Source: Candidatus Dormiibacterota bacterium (GTDB lineage: Bacteria > Chloroflexota > Dormibacteria > Aeolococcales > Aeolococcaceae). Taken from it: a stretch of 64,000 bases of DNA. This document shows positions 52,845 through 62,256 of this stretch, piece by piece (the stretch's first letter is position 1; every line of letters begins with the position of its first letter). Location of the stretch: assembly GCA_963697085.1 (NCBI GenBank), contig CAVOMR010000003.1, forward strand, positions 1,282,745 to 1,346,744, in the 5' to 3' direction. Below the pieces are notes generated by a model. It was not told the origin of the DNA. It saw only the letters and a list, made by a program, of their open reading frames with translations, and did no database searches. A program made the translations under genes and the position numbers.

Positions 52845-54371
52845 GTGGCAGCGATCGTCGAGCCCGACGTGGCGACGTACCAGCAGTACATCGATGGCGA
52901 ATGGACCGGGGCGGAAGACGGTCACAGCTACGAGGTCATCAATCCATCCACCGAAGAGGTGATGGCCACCGCGCCGGCGAGCACCAGGGCCGACGCCAAG
53001 CGAGCCGTCGAGGCCGCACGCCGCTCCTTCGAGGCAGGTGAGTGGCGGCTCAAGTCGCAGTTGCAGCGCTCCCAGATCATGTTCGAGATCGTTGAGCATC
53101 TTCGTGAGGTATCGGACGGCTGGGGGCTGCTCGAGGCGCAGAACGCGGGCGCCGTGCTCCGCAAGACCGAGGTCGTCGACGTGCCGCTCGCCATCGAGTG
53201 GTTCCGCAGCCTGGCCGAGCAGGCGCTCGGGATCCCCTGGTACGAGCCGCTGCCGTGGATCGATTCGCCGTACGTGTCCTGGAACTTCATGCAGCGCGAA
53301 CCCATCGGCGTGTGCGCGGGGATCATCCCGTGGAACTACCCCCTCATCTTCGCCATGTGGAAGATCGCGCCGGCGTTGGCGATGGGCAACTCGGTCGTGC
53401 TCAAGCCTGCCCCGCAGACGCCGCTGAGCGCCCTCGCGGTGGCTCGCGCCATCGACGAGACGGGCCTGCTCCCCAAGGGCGTCCTCAACGTGATCACCGG
53501 CGACAGCGCCGACGCGGGCATCGAGCTCGTCGAGAACCCGGACGTCGACAAGGTCGCGTTCACGGGCTCGACTGCCACGGGACGCCGGGTTCTCGCCGCC
53601 GCGGCCCCCACGATCAAGAAGGTCACCCTCGAGCTCGGCGGCAAGTCGGCGAACATCGTCTGCGCGGACGCCGACCTCGACATCGCCGTCGACGGCGCGC
53701 TCTTCGGCACCTTCTTCCACCAGGGGCAGATGTGCGAATCGGGCACGCGCATCTTCGTCCACGACGACATCTACGACACGTTCGTCGACCGCCTGGTCGA
53801 CGGCGCGGCTGCGCTTCGCGTCGGTGACGCCTCGGATTTCGAGAGCCAGGTCGGCCCGGTGATCAACAGGTCGCAGTACGACATGATCCTGTCGGCAATC
53901 GAGCGCGCGAAGGCGGAGGGCGCGACCGTCGCGTGCGGCGGCGGGCGCGCCACCAGTGCCGGCGATCGCGGATTCTTCGTGCAACCGACGGTGCTCACCG
54001 AGGTCTCCCCGGACTCGCACGCGGGCACCGAGGAGATCTTCGGGCCGGTGCTCGCGGTGCAGCGCTGGAGCGAGATCGGCGAGGTCATCAGTCGCGCCAA
54101 CCGGACGATCTACGGCCTCGCCGGCGGCGTGTGGTCGCGCGACACACGCGGGGCGATCGAGATCGCCAAGCAGCTTCGCACCGGGACCGTCTGGATCAAC
54201 GACTGGCACCTGCTGAATCCGCTGGCGCCCTTTGGCGGCTACAAGCAGAGCGGCATCGGTCGCGAGCACGGGCGCGAGGGGCTGCTCGAATACACGCAGG
54301 TCAAGCACATCCACGTCGACCAGGGCGTGCCCCGGGGCGAGCGCTACTTCTGGGACGTGCTGCTGGGCTGA
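52845..54371 (+). CDS. NAD(P)-dependent aldehyde dehydrogenase
   Basis: VTLELGGKSANIV, catalytic Cys block FFHQGQMCESGTRIF, and EEIFGPV. The GTG at 52845 follows GGTGGAGG. An alternative ATG is at 52824. Confidence 0.9.
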   Translation: MAAIVEPDVATYQQYIDGEWTGAEDGHSYEVINPSTEEVMATAPASTRADAKRAVEAARRSFEAGEWRLKSQLQRSQIMFEIVEHLREVSDGWGLLEAQNAGAVLRKTEVVDVPLAIEWFRSLAEQALGIPWYEPLPWIDSPYVSWNFMQREPIGVCAGIIPWNYPLIFAMWKIAPALAMGNSVVLKPAPQTPLSALAVARAIDETGLLPKGVLNVITGDSADAGIELVENPDVDKVAFTGSTATGRRVLAAAAPTIKKVTLELGGKSANIVCADADLDIAVDGALFGTFFHQGQMCESGTRIFVHDDIYDTFVDRLVDGAAALRVGDASDFESQVGPVINRSQYDMILSAIERAKAEGATVACGGGRATSAGDRGFFVQPTVLTEVSPDSHAGTEEIFGPVLAVQRWSEIGEVISRANRTIYGLAGGVWSRDTRGAIEIAKQLRTGTVWINDWHLLNPLAPFGGYKQSGIGREHGREGLLEYTQVKHIHVDQGVPRGERYFWDVLLG

Positions 54372-54387
54372 GCTTCGGCCGGGTGCC

Positions 54388-55269
54388 TCAGTGGCTGGGA
54401 ACAGGGCCGATCGTGGCCAGGAAGTCGGTGATCGCCGCCGCGACCTCGACGGGCCGCTGCACCGGGAGATCGTGCACGCCGTCGATCCACACGACGTGGG
54501 CGCGAGCGCCGAGCACCTCGCGGGCGTGTGCGACCGATCGCACCTTCGGCGAATCCTCGGCTCCGGGATGGCCCGCGGGAATGAAGAGCATGGGCGCCTG
54601 GACCTTCGCCATCAGCTCGTAACCGTTGGCGTCGAAGAGATGGTGCGCGATCTGCATGTGATGGTCGAGCGTCAGTCGCGGCCGGAGGGTGCCCTTGCCA
54701 GAGCCGTCGTCCTCGAAGTTGCCGCCGAGGATCGCGGCTGCGGTCTCGGGATCCGAGCCGTCGCGCAGCGGGGACGAGTCCATCCACGCCCTGACCATCT
54801 CGGCGGTGATCCCGGCCAGGGCGGGTGGTCGCATGGTCCGTTCGGCGACCGCCCAGCTCGGACCGAAGAACGCCTTGAGGTCGCCGGCGCCGCCGTCGAT
54901 GCAGATCACCCCGAGGGTCAGCTCCGGGTGGTCCACCGCGAAGGAGAGCGCGACGGTCGCGCCCCAGCTGTGTCCGACCACCACCACGGGCTCCGGGTGG
55001 CGGAGCGCCGCCAGCAGTCCCTCGAGGTCGGCTGAGACGGTGTCGAAGTCGTAGCCGGTGTCGGGTCGATCGCTACGGCCATGCCCGGGGAGATCGACGG
55101 CGATCACCCGGTGCGCCGGGACGAGATGGTCGGCGACGAGATCCCACCAGCGCGCGTTGCTCGCCAGTCCGTGGAGCGCCAGCAGTGCGGGCTCGTCGCC
55201 GGCATGGTCGCGCACCGACAGCGTCAATCGCGGCGTGTCGACCCGGTATTCGTCAGTGGGATGCGGCAT
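54388..55269 (-). CDS. Alpha/beta hydrolase
   Basis: LLALHGLASNARWW and nucleophile elbow VVVGHSWGA. The start is at MPHPTDEY (ATG 55269). Confidence 0.8.
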   Translation of the reverse strand: MPHPTDEYRVDTPRLTLSVRDHAGDEPALLALHGLASNARWWDLVADHLVPAHRVIAVDLPGHGRSDRPDTGYDFDTVSADLEGLLAALRHPEPVVVVGHSWGATVALSFAVDHPELTLGVICIDGGAGDLKAFFGPSWAVAERTMRPPALAGITAEMVRAWMDSSPLRDGSDPETAAAILGGNFEDDGSGKGTLRPRLTLDHHMQIAHHLFDANGYELMAKVQAPMLFIPAGHPGAEDSPKVRSVAHAREVLGARAHVVWIDGVHDLPVQRPVEVAAAITDFLATIGPVPSH

Positions 55270-55364
55270 TGGACAGGGATTGTGGCTGACGACACCGTCC
55301 GTACCGGCCCGGTAGCATGGCGATGGCGGGCCGGCCCCGCTCGGTCTGTGAAGGAGCCACGGCC

Positions 55365-56861
55365 TTGTCGGCGATCGAGCCGTACACACGGCGGATGCTC
55401 GGAAGCGTCCAGCCGATCATCGTTGCCAATCGAGCGCCGCTGGTGCTGCATGCGGCCGATCCGTACCGGAACACGCCCGAGCGGTTGGTCAAGGGTGCCG
55501 GCGGGCTCGTCACGGCGATGACGTCGCTCGCGGCAGCGACGGATGCGGTGTGGGTCGCACTGGCACGCGACCAGTCGGACCGCGCGCTCGCAGCGCGGGG
55601 CGACCCTGCGGAGCTCACCACCGACGACGGCAGCAAGGTGAAGGTCGCATTCGTCGAGCCCGAGGCGACCGCGTACGACCTGTACTACAACGTCATCAGC
55701 AATCCGCTGCTCTGGTTCATCCAACACTATCTCTGGGACCTCGCGCGCGAGCCTGTCGTCGACGAGACGATCAAGAACGCGTGGACCGACGGCTACGTGA
55801 CGGTGAACCAGCTCGTCGCGGATCGTGTCGTCGCGGAGGCGGAGCGTTCCGACAAGCCGGCACTTGTGTTCATCCAGGACTACCAGCTCTATCTCGTCGC
55901 GGGAATGATTCGCGCGCAGCGCGAGGACGTGCGCATTCAGCACTTCGTGCACATCCCGTGGCCCACGCCGCAGTACTGGACGATCCTCCCCAAGCACATC
56001 CGTGATGCGATTGTGCGCGGGCTGCTCGGTGCCGACATCATCGGATTCCAGACGCTGCGCGACGTGCGCAACTTTCTGCTCACGTGCGAGCAGAACCTCG
56101 GGTTCACCGTCGACCATCGCGAGCGCACCGTGTTCTTCGAAGGGCGGGCGGTGTGGGTACGCAACTACCCGATCAGCATCGATCCCAAGACCTTTCTCGA
56201 GCACAGCGAACGTCCCGCGGTCCACGCCGAGGAGGAGAAGATCAATCAGTGGCGGCCGAAGCACCTCATCCTCCGCGTCGACCGCACGGATCTTTCGAAG
56301 AACATCGTGCGCGGCTTTCTCGCCTACGAGCGGTTGCTCGCGGCGCACCCAGAGCTGCTCGGCGACGTGCTCTTCTGGGCATTCCTGCAACCGAGCCGGC
56401 AGGACATCGATGACTACCGCGCGTACCTCGGCCACGTGCTCAGCGTCGCCGCGCGCATCAATCGCGAGTTCAGTCGCGGTGGTTGGACGCCGATTCGCGT
56501 GGAGATCGACGACAACATGGAGCGCGCGATCGCCGGCTATCGCAACTTCGACGTGTTGCTCGTGAACCCCATCTACGACGGGATGAACCTCGTCGCGAAG
56601 GAGGGCCCGCTCGTCAACAAGCGCGACGGCGTGCTCGTGCTCAGCGAGAACGCTGGCTCACACGAGGAGCTTGGCGATTACGCGATCACCGTGAATCCAT
56701 TCGACATTGAGGAGACGGCGGAGGCGCTGTACTTCGGATTGATGATGGACGTGCCCCAGCGGCAGGTGCGGCTCAAGAAGATTCGCGAGACGGTGATGAC
56801 CAACGACATCACCCGCTGGATTGCCAATCAACTGCAGGATCTGCGCGAGTTGATCGGATAG
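55365..56861 (+). CDS. otsA: Trehalose-6-phosphate synthase OtsA (GT20)
   Basis: IVANRAPL, YYNVISNPLLWFIQHYLW, FIQDYQLYL and VNPIYDGMNLVAKE. TTG at 55365 with a GAAGGAG SD. Alternative starts are ATG 55317 or 55395. Confidence 0.85.
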   Translation: MSAIEPYTRRMLGSVQPIIVANRAPLVLHAADPYRNTPERLVKGAGGLVTAMTSLAAATDAVWVALARDQSDRALAARGDPAELTTDDGSKVKVAFVEPEATAYDLYYNVISNPLLWFIQHYLWDLAREPVVDETIKNAWTDGYVTVNQLVADRVVAEAERSDKPALVFIQDYQLYLVAGMIRAQREDVRIQHFVHIPWPTPQYWTILPKHIRDAIVRGLLGADIIGFQTLRDVRNFLLTCEQNLGFTVDHRERTVFFEGRAVWVRNYPISIDPKTFLEHSERPAVHAEEEKINQWRPKHLILRVDRTDLSKNIVRGFLAYERLLAAHPELLGDVLFWAFLQPSRQDIDDYRAYLGHVLSVAARINREFSRGGWTPIRVEIDDNMERAIAGYRNFDVLLVNPIYDGMNLVAKEGPLVNKRDGVLVLSENAGSHEELGDYAITVNPFDIEETAEALYFGLMMDVPQRQVRLKKIRETVMTNDITRWIANQLQDLRELIG

Positions 56862-56904
56862 CCCGCACGGAGCATCGCCGCTCCGATCCCCCTGAAAGGC
56901 CGGG

Positions 56905-57096
56905 TCAGTGATTGAAGCCGGCGAACCCCGCAATGAAGAGCCAGCCGACGATCGCGAAGAAGCCGATCCAGAGAGCGATCCAGACGCGCCCCATCGCGAT
57001 CCGCTGACGGCGGAGATACCGACGACGCACCGCCAGGTCAGCCGATCCGTCGGGCTGATTCCTGGGGAGTCGTCGGGCAGGGGAGATTTCCGCCAT
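56905..57096 (-). CDS. Small membrane protein (63 aa)
   Basis: ATG preceded by GGAG. Basic N-terminus, then a TM segment VWIALWIGFFAIVGWLFIAGFAGF. Confidence 0.45.
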   Translation of the reverse strand: MAEISPARRLPRNQPDGSADLAVRRRYLRRQRIAMGRVWIALWIGFFAIVGWLFIAGFAGFNH

Positions 57097-57226
57097 GTGC
57101 AGTCTCCAACGGGGCGGACCAGGGTTGGGTTACGCCCGGCGAGGTACGCGCAAGTATCATGCAGACCTGCCGAATTGTGGGTGAGAGTCCGGGCACGGGC
57201 CGCGCTTTCCCACGCCTGGAGGTTAT

Positions 57227-57643
57227 GTGGCCGGCGACGCGCCTGACAGCACCGACCCGATCGCGCTTGCGCGCCAGGTGATCGAGGACGCCATCCGCCT
57301 GGGACGCGCCGAACTCGCCGTCGTCGGCGCGGAGCTCAAGCGCGCGGTGATCCAGCTGGTCATCGCGGCCGCCATGATCATGGTCGCCGCGACCTTTGTC
57401 CTGATCGGAGTGATCGAGGCGCTGGGTGCGCTGCCGTCGGGGCTCGGGATCCTCGGCGCTGAGTGGGTGCGCTGGCTGGCGCTCGGCGGGCTCTTCCTGA
57501 TCCTCGCGGTGGTGCTCATCTATATAGGGCAGCGGCGGGCACGGAAGGCAATCAAACGGGGACGGACGCAGATCGAAAGCACGTTGAAGGAGGATGCCGA
57601 GTGGCTCCGGGATCTGACGAAGCGCAGCGTCAAAGGGAGCTGA
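57227..57643 (+). CDS. Holin-X / DUF1469-type actinobacterial membrane protein
   Basis: GTG after GGAGG. ARQVIEDAIRLGRAELAVVGAELK, then two TM helices and a C-terminal ...TLKEDAEWLRD. Confidence 0.7.
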   Translation: MAGDAPDSTDPIALARQVIEDAIRLGRAELAVVGAELKRAVIQLVIAAAMIMVAATFVLIGVIEALGALPSGLGILGAEWVRWLALGGLFLILAVVLIYIGQRRARKAIKRGRTQIESTLKEDAEWLRDLTKRSVKGS

Positions 57644-58032
57644 CCAAGCAGGCGCTCGCGCAGAGCGCCGGCAAGCTCGAGCAGCGTGTGCGCGCTGAAC
57701 TGGACTGGAAGGCGCGCCTGCGCCGCGACGGGCCGCGCTACGCGGCGATCGCCGGCGGCGCGATCGTGCTCATTGGGACCATCGTGATCGTGCGGTCGCG
57801 ACTCCGGCGCGACAAGGGCGAGGAAGAGGTGGCGCCGACCACGCTCGAGGATCTCGCGGCCGAGCTCGAGAAGATCCGCAAGGAGATCCGAAAGGGCGGC
57901 GACAAGACGCCGATCTGGCAGAAGGTGGTCCTCCGCGGCGTGACCGCGGCCGGGGCCGCGGGTGGCGCAGAGGTCGCGAAGCGGGTGACCGCCCGCCAGG
58001 AGGCTACGGCCGGGGCCGAACCGCGATCGTGA
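57601..58032 (+). CDS. DUF3618-like membrane-anchored protein
   Basis: The GTG at 57601 is preceded by GAAGGAGGA inside the 3' end of the upstream gene. Coiled-coil segment, one TM (YAAIAGGAIVLIGTIVIV), then a charged tail. Confidence 0.5.
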   Translation: MAPGSDEAQRQRELTKQALAQSAGKLEQRVRAELDWKARLRRDGPRYAAIAGGAIVLIGTIVIVRSRLRRDKGEEEVAPTTLEDLAAELEKIRKEIRKGGDKTPIWQKVVLRGVTAAGAAGGAEVAKRVTARQEATAGAEPRS

Positions 58033-58402
58033 TGCGGCCGACGGCGCAGAGGGCGCCGTCGTCGTTGGTGATCTCGACGTCCCAGATCCAGGTCGTCCGA
58101 CCGCGGTGACGCGGCTTCGCGTCGGCATGGATGGTGCCGGCGGTGATCGGGCGGAGGAAGTTCATGTTGTTGGACATTCCCACGGAGATGTTCCCCGCCT
58201 CCTGCACGCCGATGTAGGTGCCGACTGAGGCGATCGTCTCCGCCATGGCGCAGAAGACTCCGCCGTGGACGATGCCGAACGGTTGCAGGACCTTCGGCGT
58301 TACCGGGCACGTCGCCGTCATGTGGTCCGGCCTGGTCTCTCCGAACTCGAGGCCGTAGAGGCGGTCGAAGACCATGTCCTGACCCGGATCGAGGCTCGCC
58401 AT
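58004..58402 (-). CDS. PaaI-family hotdog-fold thioesterase
   Basis: LQPFGIVHGGVFCAMAETIASVG...HRGRTTWIWDVEI. Confidence 0.8.
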   Translation of the reverse strand: MASLDPGQDMVFDRLYGLEFGETRPDHMTATCPVTPKVLQPFGIVHGGVFCAMAETIASVGTYIGVQEAGNISVGMSNNMNFLRPITAGTIHADAKPRHRGRTTWIWDVEITNDDGALCAVGRITIAVRPRP

Positions 58403-58446
58403 ACGGCGGGGAAGTGTCGCACGACCCCCGGTCGGGGTCGTCGCCG

Positions 58447-58767
58447 TCAGTGCTTGACGAGCAACTCGGTAAGCGCGCCTTCGTGCGACGACAGGAGCGA
58501 ATGGAGCTCGAGCATCTCGTCACCGGTGATGGGGTCGACGACGTCCGGGACGCCCTCATCGATGGCCGGGGCTGCCTTCTCGTCGGCCTCAGTCTGGAAG
58601 ATGATCTGGAGGAGGTTCTCGTCGTTGCAGGACGCGCAAGTGACGCGGACCAGGGCGCGGTTGCCCTGCTGGGCAAGGACGTTGATCCCGCAGTCGGCCA
58701 TGTTCTCGCCACATGCCGAGCAGCGATATCTCCGTGCCTGAAAGCGGAGCAACTCGAGCAAGTCCAT
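58447..58767 (-). CDS. Hypothetical zinc-ribbon protein (two CxxC pairs)
   Basis: MDLLELLRFQARRYRCSACGENM...VRVTCASCNDENL. The longer ORF would run antisense through the tRNA and is rejected. Confidence 0.5.
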   Translation of the reverse strand: MDLLELLRFQARRYRCSACGENMADCGINVLAQQGNRALVRVTCASCNDENLLQIIFQTEADEKAAPAIDEGVPDVVDPITGDEMLELHSLLSSHEGALTELLVKH

Positions 58768-58845
58768 CACTGTCCAGTATATGCCGCCTGCCGAGGCCGC
58801 AAACAGGGGCCGAGTTGGGCGTCGGGTACACTCGACGATCTCCGC

Positions 58846-58920
58846 TGGGGAGTGGCCAAGTGGTAAGGCAGCTGATTCTGGATCAGCCAATCAGAGGTTC
58901 GAATCCTCTCTCCCCAGCCA
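58846..58920 (+). tRNA. tRNA-Gln (anticodon CUG), CCA encoded
   Basis: The cloverleaf was folded by hand. Acceptor stem TGGGGAG/CTCCCCA. Anticodon stem GCTGA/TCAGC with loop TTCTGGA. T arm AGAGG-TTCGAAT-CCTCT. Discriminator G plus CCA. 75 nt, closely resembling E. coli tRNA-Gln. Confidence 0.9.
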
Positions 58921-58946
58921 CTCTCTCCCCAGCCACACCCCAGCCA
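58906..58946 (+). repeat. Tandem duplication of the tRNA-Gln 3' end (15 bp x2 plus a partial third copy)
   Basis: CTCTCTCCCCAGCCA occurs at 58906-58920 (the tRNA 3' end) and again, identically, at 58921-58935. It is followed by CACCCCAGCCA at 58936-58946. Confidence 0.75.
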
Positions 58947-59138
58947 ACCCGAATGTGTACCTTCGGTTCACTCGTGACGAACGGTTCTCGGCTGAAGCCA
59001 CGTCCGCGTCGCAGCTACACTGCGGCGCGATGCACAACGGCGTTCGCCACGACCAGACGAGCGGAGCCGTCGCAACGCATAACGAGGCAGGGCAGATGGG
59101 TCGCCGTGGCCATGCGCACCCGGTGGCAATAGGAAGCG

Positions 59139-60059
59139 ATGGGTAAGGGCGTCGACATCGGGTTGGTGCTGCCAATGCATGAGCGGCCTGATGACGGCGG
59201 CAAACCGACGTGGGCGGATATCAGCGCATGGGCTCGTCGTGGCGAGGAACTGGGCGCCGATACCTTGTGGTTGGCGGACGAGATCCTCTGGCGAGTTGAA
59301 GCCTGGCCTGGTCCCCGAGGCTGGTGGGATTGCCTCACCATGACCGGCGCGGTTGCCGCCAACACATCGAAGGTTCGCGTCGGAACGTGGGTGATGTCTG
59401 CGCTTCAGCACCAGCCGGGGATGATCGTCCGGGCCGCTGAGGCGCTCGACGAGATATCGGGTGGGCGCTTCGTGCTGGGGCTGGGCGCTGGCCACGGCGG
59501 TGGCGCCGAGTCCTTCGGGTATCCGGCCGACAAGCCTGTAACGCGCTACCTGGAGGCGTTGGAAGTCATCGTGCCGTTGCTGCGGGGTGCGCCGAACTCG
59601 ACGTTCGACGGCGAATTTCATCATGTCAAGGACGCTGAAGTGCGTCCTCGTGGACCTCGACCCGGACGCATCCCTTTGATGATGGGCGGACATTCGACGC
59701 GCACGATGACGGCGGCAGCCACCCATGCCGACGTCTGGAGTGCATACGCAACGTCCAGCAGCTTGCCTGAGGCCTTTGCGACGATGACCGAGGAACTGGA
59801 TCGAATCTGCGAGAGCATCGGCCGCGACCCGACGACCATCGGTCGGTCAGTCGGCGCGTTCGTCGAGCCGGGTGACGCGAGGTTGGCTGAAGCAACAGGA
59901 TTCGGTGTCGCAATAACGGGCTCGATCGATCAGATCACGGAAACGATCGCCCGCTTCTCAGAAGTGGGCGTCACGCGGGTGGAAGTGATTCCCTGGCCGC
60001 CCTCGATCGACACGGTCGAGCAGCTGGAACCGGTGTTCTCCGCCCTTGCCACCGACTAG
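59139..60059 (+). CDS. LLM-class (luciferase-like) flavin/F420-dependent oxidoreductase
   Basis: GADTLWLADE..., RVGTWVMSALQHQPGMIVRAAEALDEISGGRFVLGLGAG, and a TIM-barrel-length ORF. Confidence 0.8.
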   Translation: MGKGVDIGLVLPMHERPDDGGKPTWADISAWARRGEELGADTLWLADEILWRVEAWPGPRGWWDCLTMTGAVAANTSKVRVGTWVMSALQHQPGMIVRAAEALDEISGGRFVLGLGAGHGGGAESFGYPADKPVTRYLEALEVIVPLLRGAPNSTFDGEFHHVKDAEVRPRGPRPGRIPLMMGGHSTRTMTAAATHADVWSAYATSSSLPEAFATMTEELDRICESIGRDPTTIGRSVGAFVEPGDARLAEATGFGVAITGSIDQITETIARFSEVGVTRVEVIPWPPSIDTVEQLEPVFSALATD

Positions 60060-60390
60060 CGATTGCCACCGGTTCAGCATGCTGAGAGGAGGACTCGAAC
60101 GCTGACGACACATCGTCTGATCCACATCGCACGTTGCGCCGTCTTCGATGTTCCGAGAAGGCTCGTGCCCGCCACTCCCACATGATCTCTCCAGGCTGGA
60201 CCAGATCCCAGGGTGGATACGGGGTGAATCTCAGGCGCTTTGTGCGGGACTCGCCGCCACGGCGCGCCGGGTTAGTAACTGCGAGTGCACTTGCGCACCC
60301 CGCGCATCCACTGACCGAATAGAACGGCCAATCCTGGATCATCGAGTTGCGCCTGGCGGACTCGCCGATGACCTCACCGTCATAAACGGC

Positions 60391-60559
60391 GGCGAGTTCG
60401 TGAGCGTGTTCTGGCAAAGGCGTGACGTGATCGGCGGAACGCTCCCCGCTGCGCTGGGAGCGGACTGGCTCGTCAGCGCATGGGATCAGAACCCGACATT
60501 GCGCTATGCCACGCCCGCGACAGCGGTTTCGGAGGTTGCTCGCCGGACGTGGCCGGCGG
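60391..60559 (+). pseudogene. Remnant of a PLP-dependent (group II) decarboxylase gene, N-terminal fragment only
   Basis: VIGGTLPAALGADWLVSAWDQNPTLRYATPATAVSEVA matches the conserved N-terminal block of this family. No upstream start region or downstream PLP domain is present, and the tryptophanase-family gene occupies the adjacent DNA. Confidence 0.35.
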
Positions 60560-62038
60560 TCAGCCGCCCGGCGCGACGGGAAGGGTCACCCGCACGCGTT
60601 CTGGAACCCCACTGGTGGATTTCGCCGGGACCGGAAGGGGTCGGAATCGCGCCAGGAAAAACCGCAGGTCCTGGGGTTCGTCGGTGAATGCCAGGCCGCC
60701 GATTTCGTCCGAGTTTGCGCACACGCCGGCGACTGACTCCGCGGCGACCTCCATGTGCGATTGCGTGTACACGCGCCGCGGGATGGTCAGGCGCACCAAT
60801 TCCAGCCGGGGATGGCGATTCTCGCCGGTGGCCGGATCGCGACCGGCTGACACGACGCCACGCTCCATCGTGCGCACCCCGGAGTCGAGATAGATCGCAG
60901 CCGCCAGCGACTGCGCAGGCAGGTCGTCCTGGGGCACCTGCGGCAAGATAGCCCGCGCGTTGAGATACACGCCATGTCCACCGATGGGCAGGACGATCGG
61001 AACGCCCGCATCGATGAGCAGATTGCCGAGATACTCCACCTGACCGATGCGAGCACGGACATGGTCGTCACCGTCCACCATCTCCCGGATGCCGCACGCG
61101 AGCGCCTCCATGTCGCGCCCGGACATACCGCCGTAGGTGTGCAGCCCTTCGTAGGCGACGAGCAGCCCGCGAGCACGCCGCGCGAGCTCCGGATCCCGCA
61201 CCGCCAGGAACCCGCCGATGTTGACCAGGTTGTCCTTCTTCGACGACACCGTGGCGCCGTCCGAGTGAGAGCAGATCTCGAGGAGGATCTCGGCGACACT
61301 CCGATCCGCGTAGCCGGCCTCGCGCTGCTTGATGAACCAGGCGTTCTCCAGGGCGCGGGTTGCATCGAGCATCACCAGGATGCCGTGCTCGTGGCACAGC
61401 GCATAGGTTGCTCTGAGATTGGCCATCGACACCGGCTGTCCGCCGGCCATGTTGACGTTGGTCTCGAGCGAGATGTACGGGATCCTTTCGGGGCCGACCT
61501 CGTCGATGATCCGGCGCAGCTTGTCGAGGTCGATGTTGCCCTTGAAGGGATGCAGGGACGCGGGATCGTGCGCCTCGTCAATGATCACGTCGGCGAAGGA
61601 ACCGCCGGCGTTTTCCTGATGCCACCGTGTCGTCGTGAAGTACATGTTGCCGGGAATGACGTCGCCGGGTTTGATGAGGATCTGGCTGAGGATGTGTTCC
61701 GCTCCCCGGCCCTGGTGCGTGGGCACGAACTCCGAGTAGCCATACACCTCGTGTACCGCGTCCACCAGGTGATAGAAGCTGCGGCTGCCCGCGTAGGCCT
61801 CGTCGCCGATCATCAGCGCTGCCCACTGCCGGTCGGACATCGCCGAGGTCCCCGAATCGGTGAGCAGATCGATGTACACGTCCTCGGAGCGCAACAGGAA
61901 CGTGTTGTACCCGGCGTCGCGGATGGCTGCCTCGCGGTGGTCGCGTGTGGTCATCCGGATCGGCTCAACCATCTTGATCCGATACGGCTCTGCCCAACGC
62001 CGATGGCCGCCGCCGAGCGCCTCCATGGTCCTGAGCAT
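60560..62038 (-). CDS. Beta-eliminating lyase (tryptophanase / tyrosine phenol-lyase family)
   Basis: EPYRIKMVEPIRMTTRDHREAAIRDAGYNTFLLRSEDVYIDLLTDSGTSAMS and the PLP-lysine block VSSKKDNLVNIGGF. There is a C-terminal tail of about 25 extra residues. Confidence 0.9.
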   Translation of the reverse strand: MLRTMEALGGGHRRWAEPYRIKMVEPIRMTTRDHREAAIRDAGYNTFLLRSEDVYIDLLTDSGTSAMSDRQWAALMIGDEAYAGSRSFYHLVDAVHEVYGYSEFVPTHQGRGAEHILSQILIKPGDVIPGNMYFTTTRWHQENAGGSFADVIIDEAHDPASLHPFKGNIDLDKLRRIIDEVGPERIPYISLETNVNMAGGQPVSMANLRATYALCHEHGILVMLDATRALENAWFIKQREAGYADRSVAEILLEICSHSDGATVSSKKDNLVNIGGFLAVRDPELARRARGLLVAYEGLHTYGGMSGRDMEALACGIREMVDGDDHVRARIGQVEYLGNLLIDAGVPIVLPIGGHGVYLNARAILPQVPQDDLPAQSLAAAIYLDSGVRTMERGVVSAGRDPATGENRHPRLELVRLTIPRRVYTQSHMEVAAESVAGVCANSDEIGGLAFTDEPQDLRFFLARFRPLPVPAKSTSGVPERVRVTLPVAPGG

Positions 62039-62256
62039 GCGACCGCCGGTTGCCGCCCGCCAGGGCCGTTTGTCACTTCTTGGGAGTCACAGTCCGCCAT
62101 CCGCGCGAAGGAACCCCTTCTCGCTGCGAGGGAACGGGCTATCCAGATCGCTTTCGGGTCCAAGGACCCTAGCTCGAGCCCTCCGCGAGGCGCTAGGCTC
62201 GGAGGTCGCGAGCCGTTGTGCGACGACCTCGCCGCGGGCCCGCTGGAGGTGTCCAG

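Noticed and set aside
52689-54314. N-terminal 540 or so residues of the 938-aa minus-strand ORF (51498-54314).
   Set aside because: This part is exactly antisense to the well-supported aldehyde dehydrogenase. It is Arg/Gly/Asp-rich with no motifs, which is typical of high-GC shadow ORFs. The real gene starts at the SD-preceded ATG at 52688.
55224-56435. 403-aa minus-strand ORF.
   Set aside because: It is antisense to otsA and has no motifs. The same reasoning rejects 13515-15401 (antisense to recJ), 16321-17430 (cobB), 17617-18906 (AAA+ ATPase), 34290-35456 (ABC-F), 30399-31616 (amidohydrolase), 60974-62260 (lyase) and 62347-63657 (gdh).
57227-57643. Holin-X-type gene as evidence of a prophage lysis cassette.
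   Set aside because: No endolysin, terminase, capsid, tail or integrase genes are nearby. This family is common in actinobacterial chromosomes alongside DUF3618-type genes.
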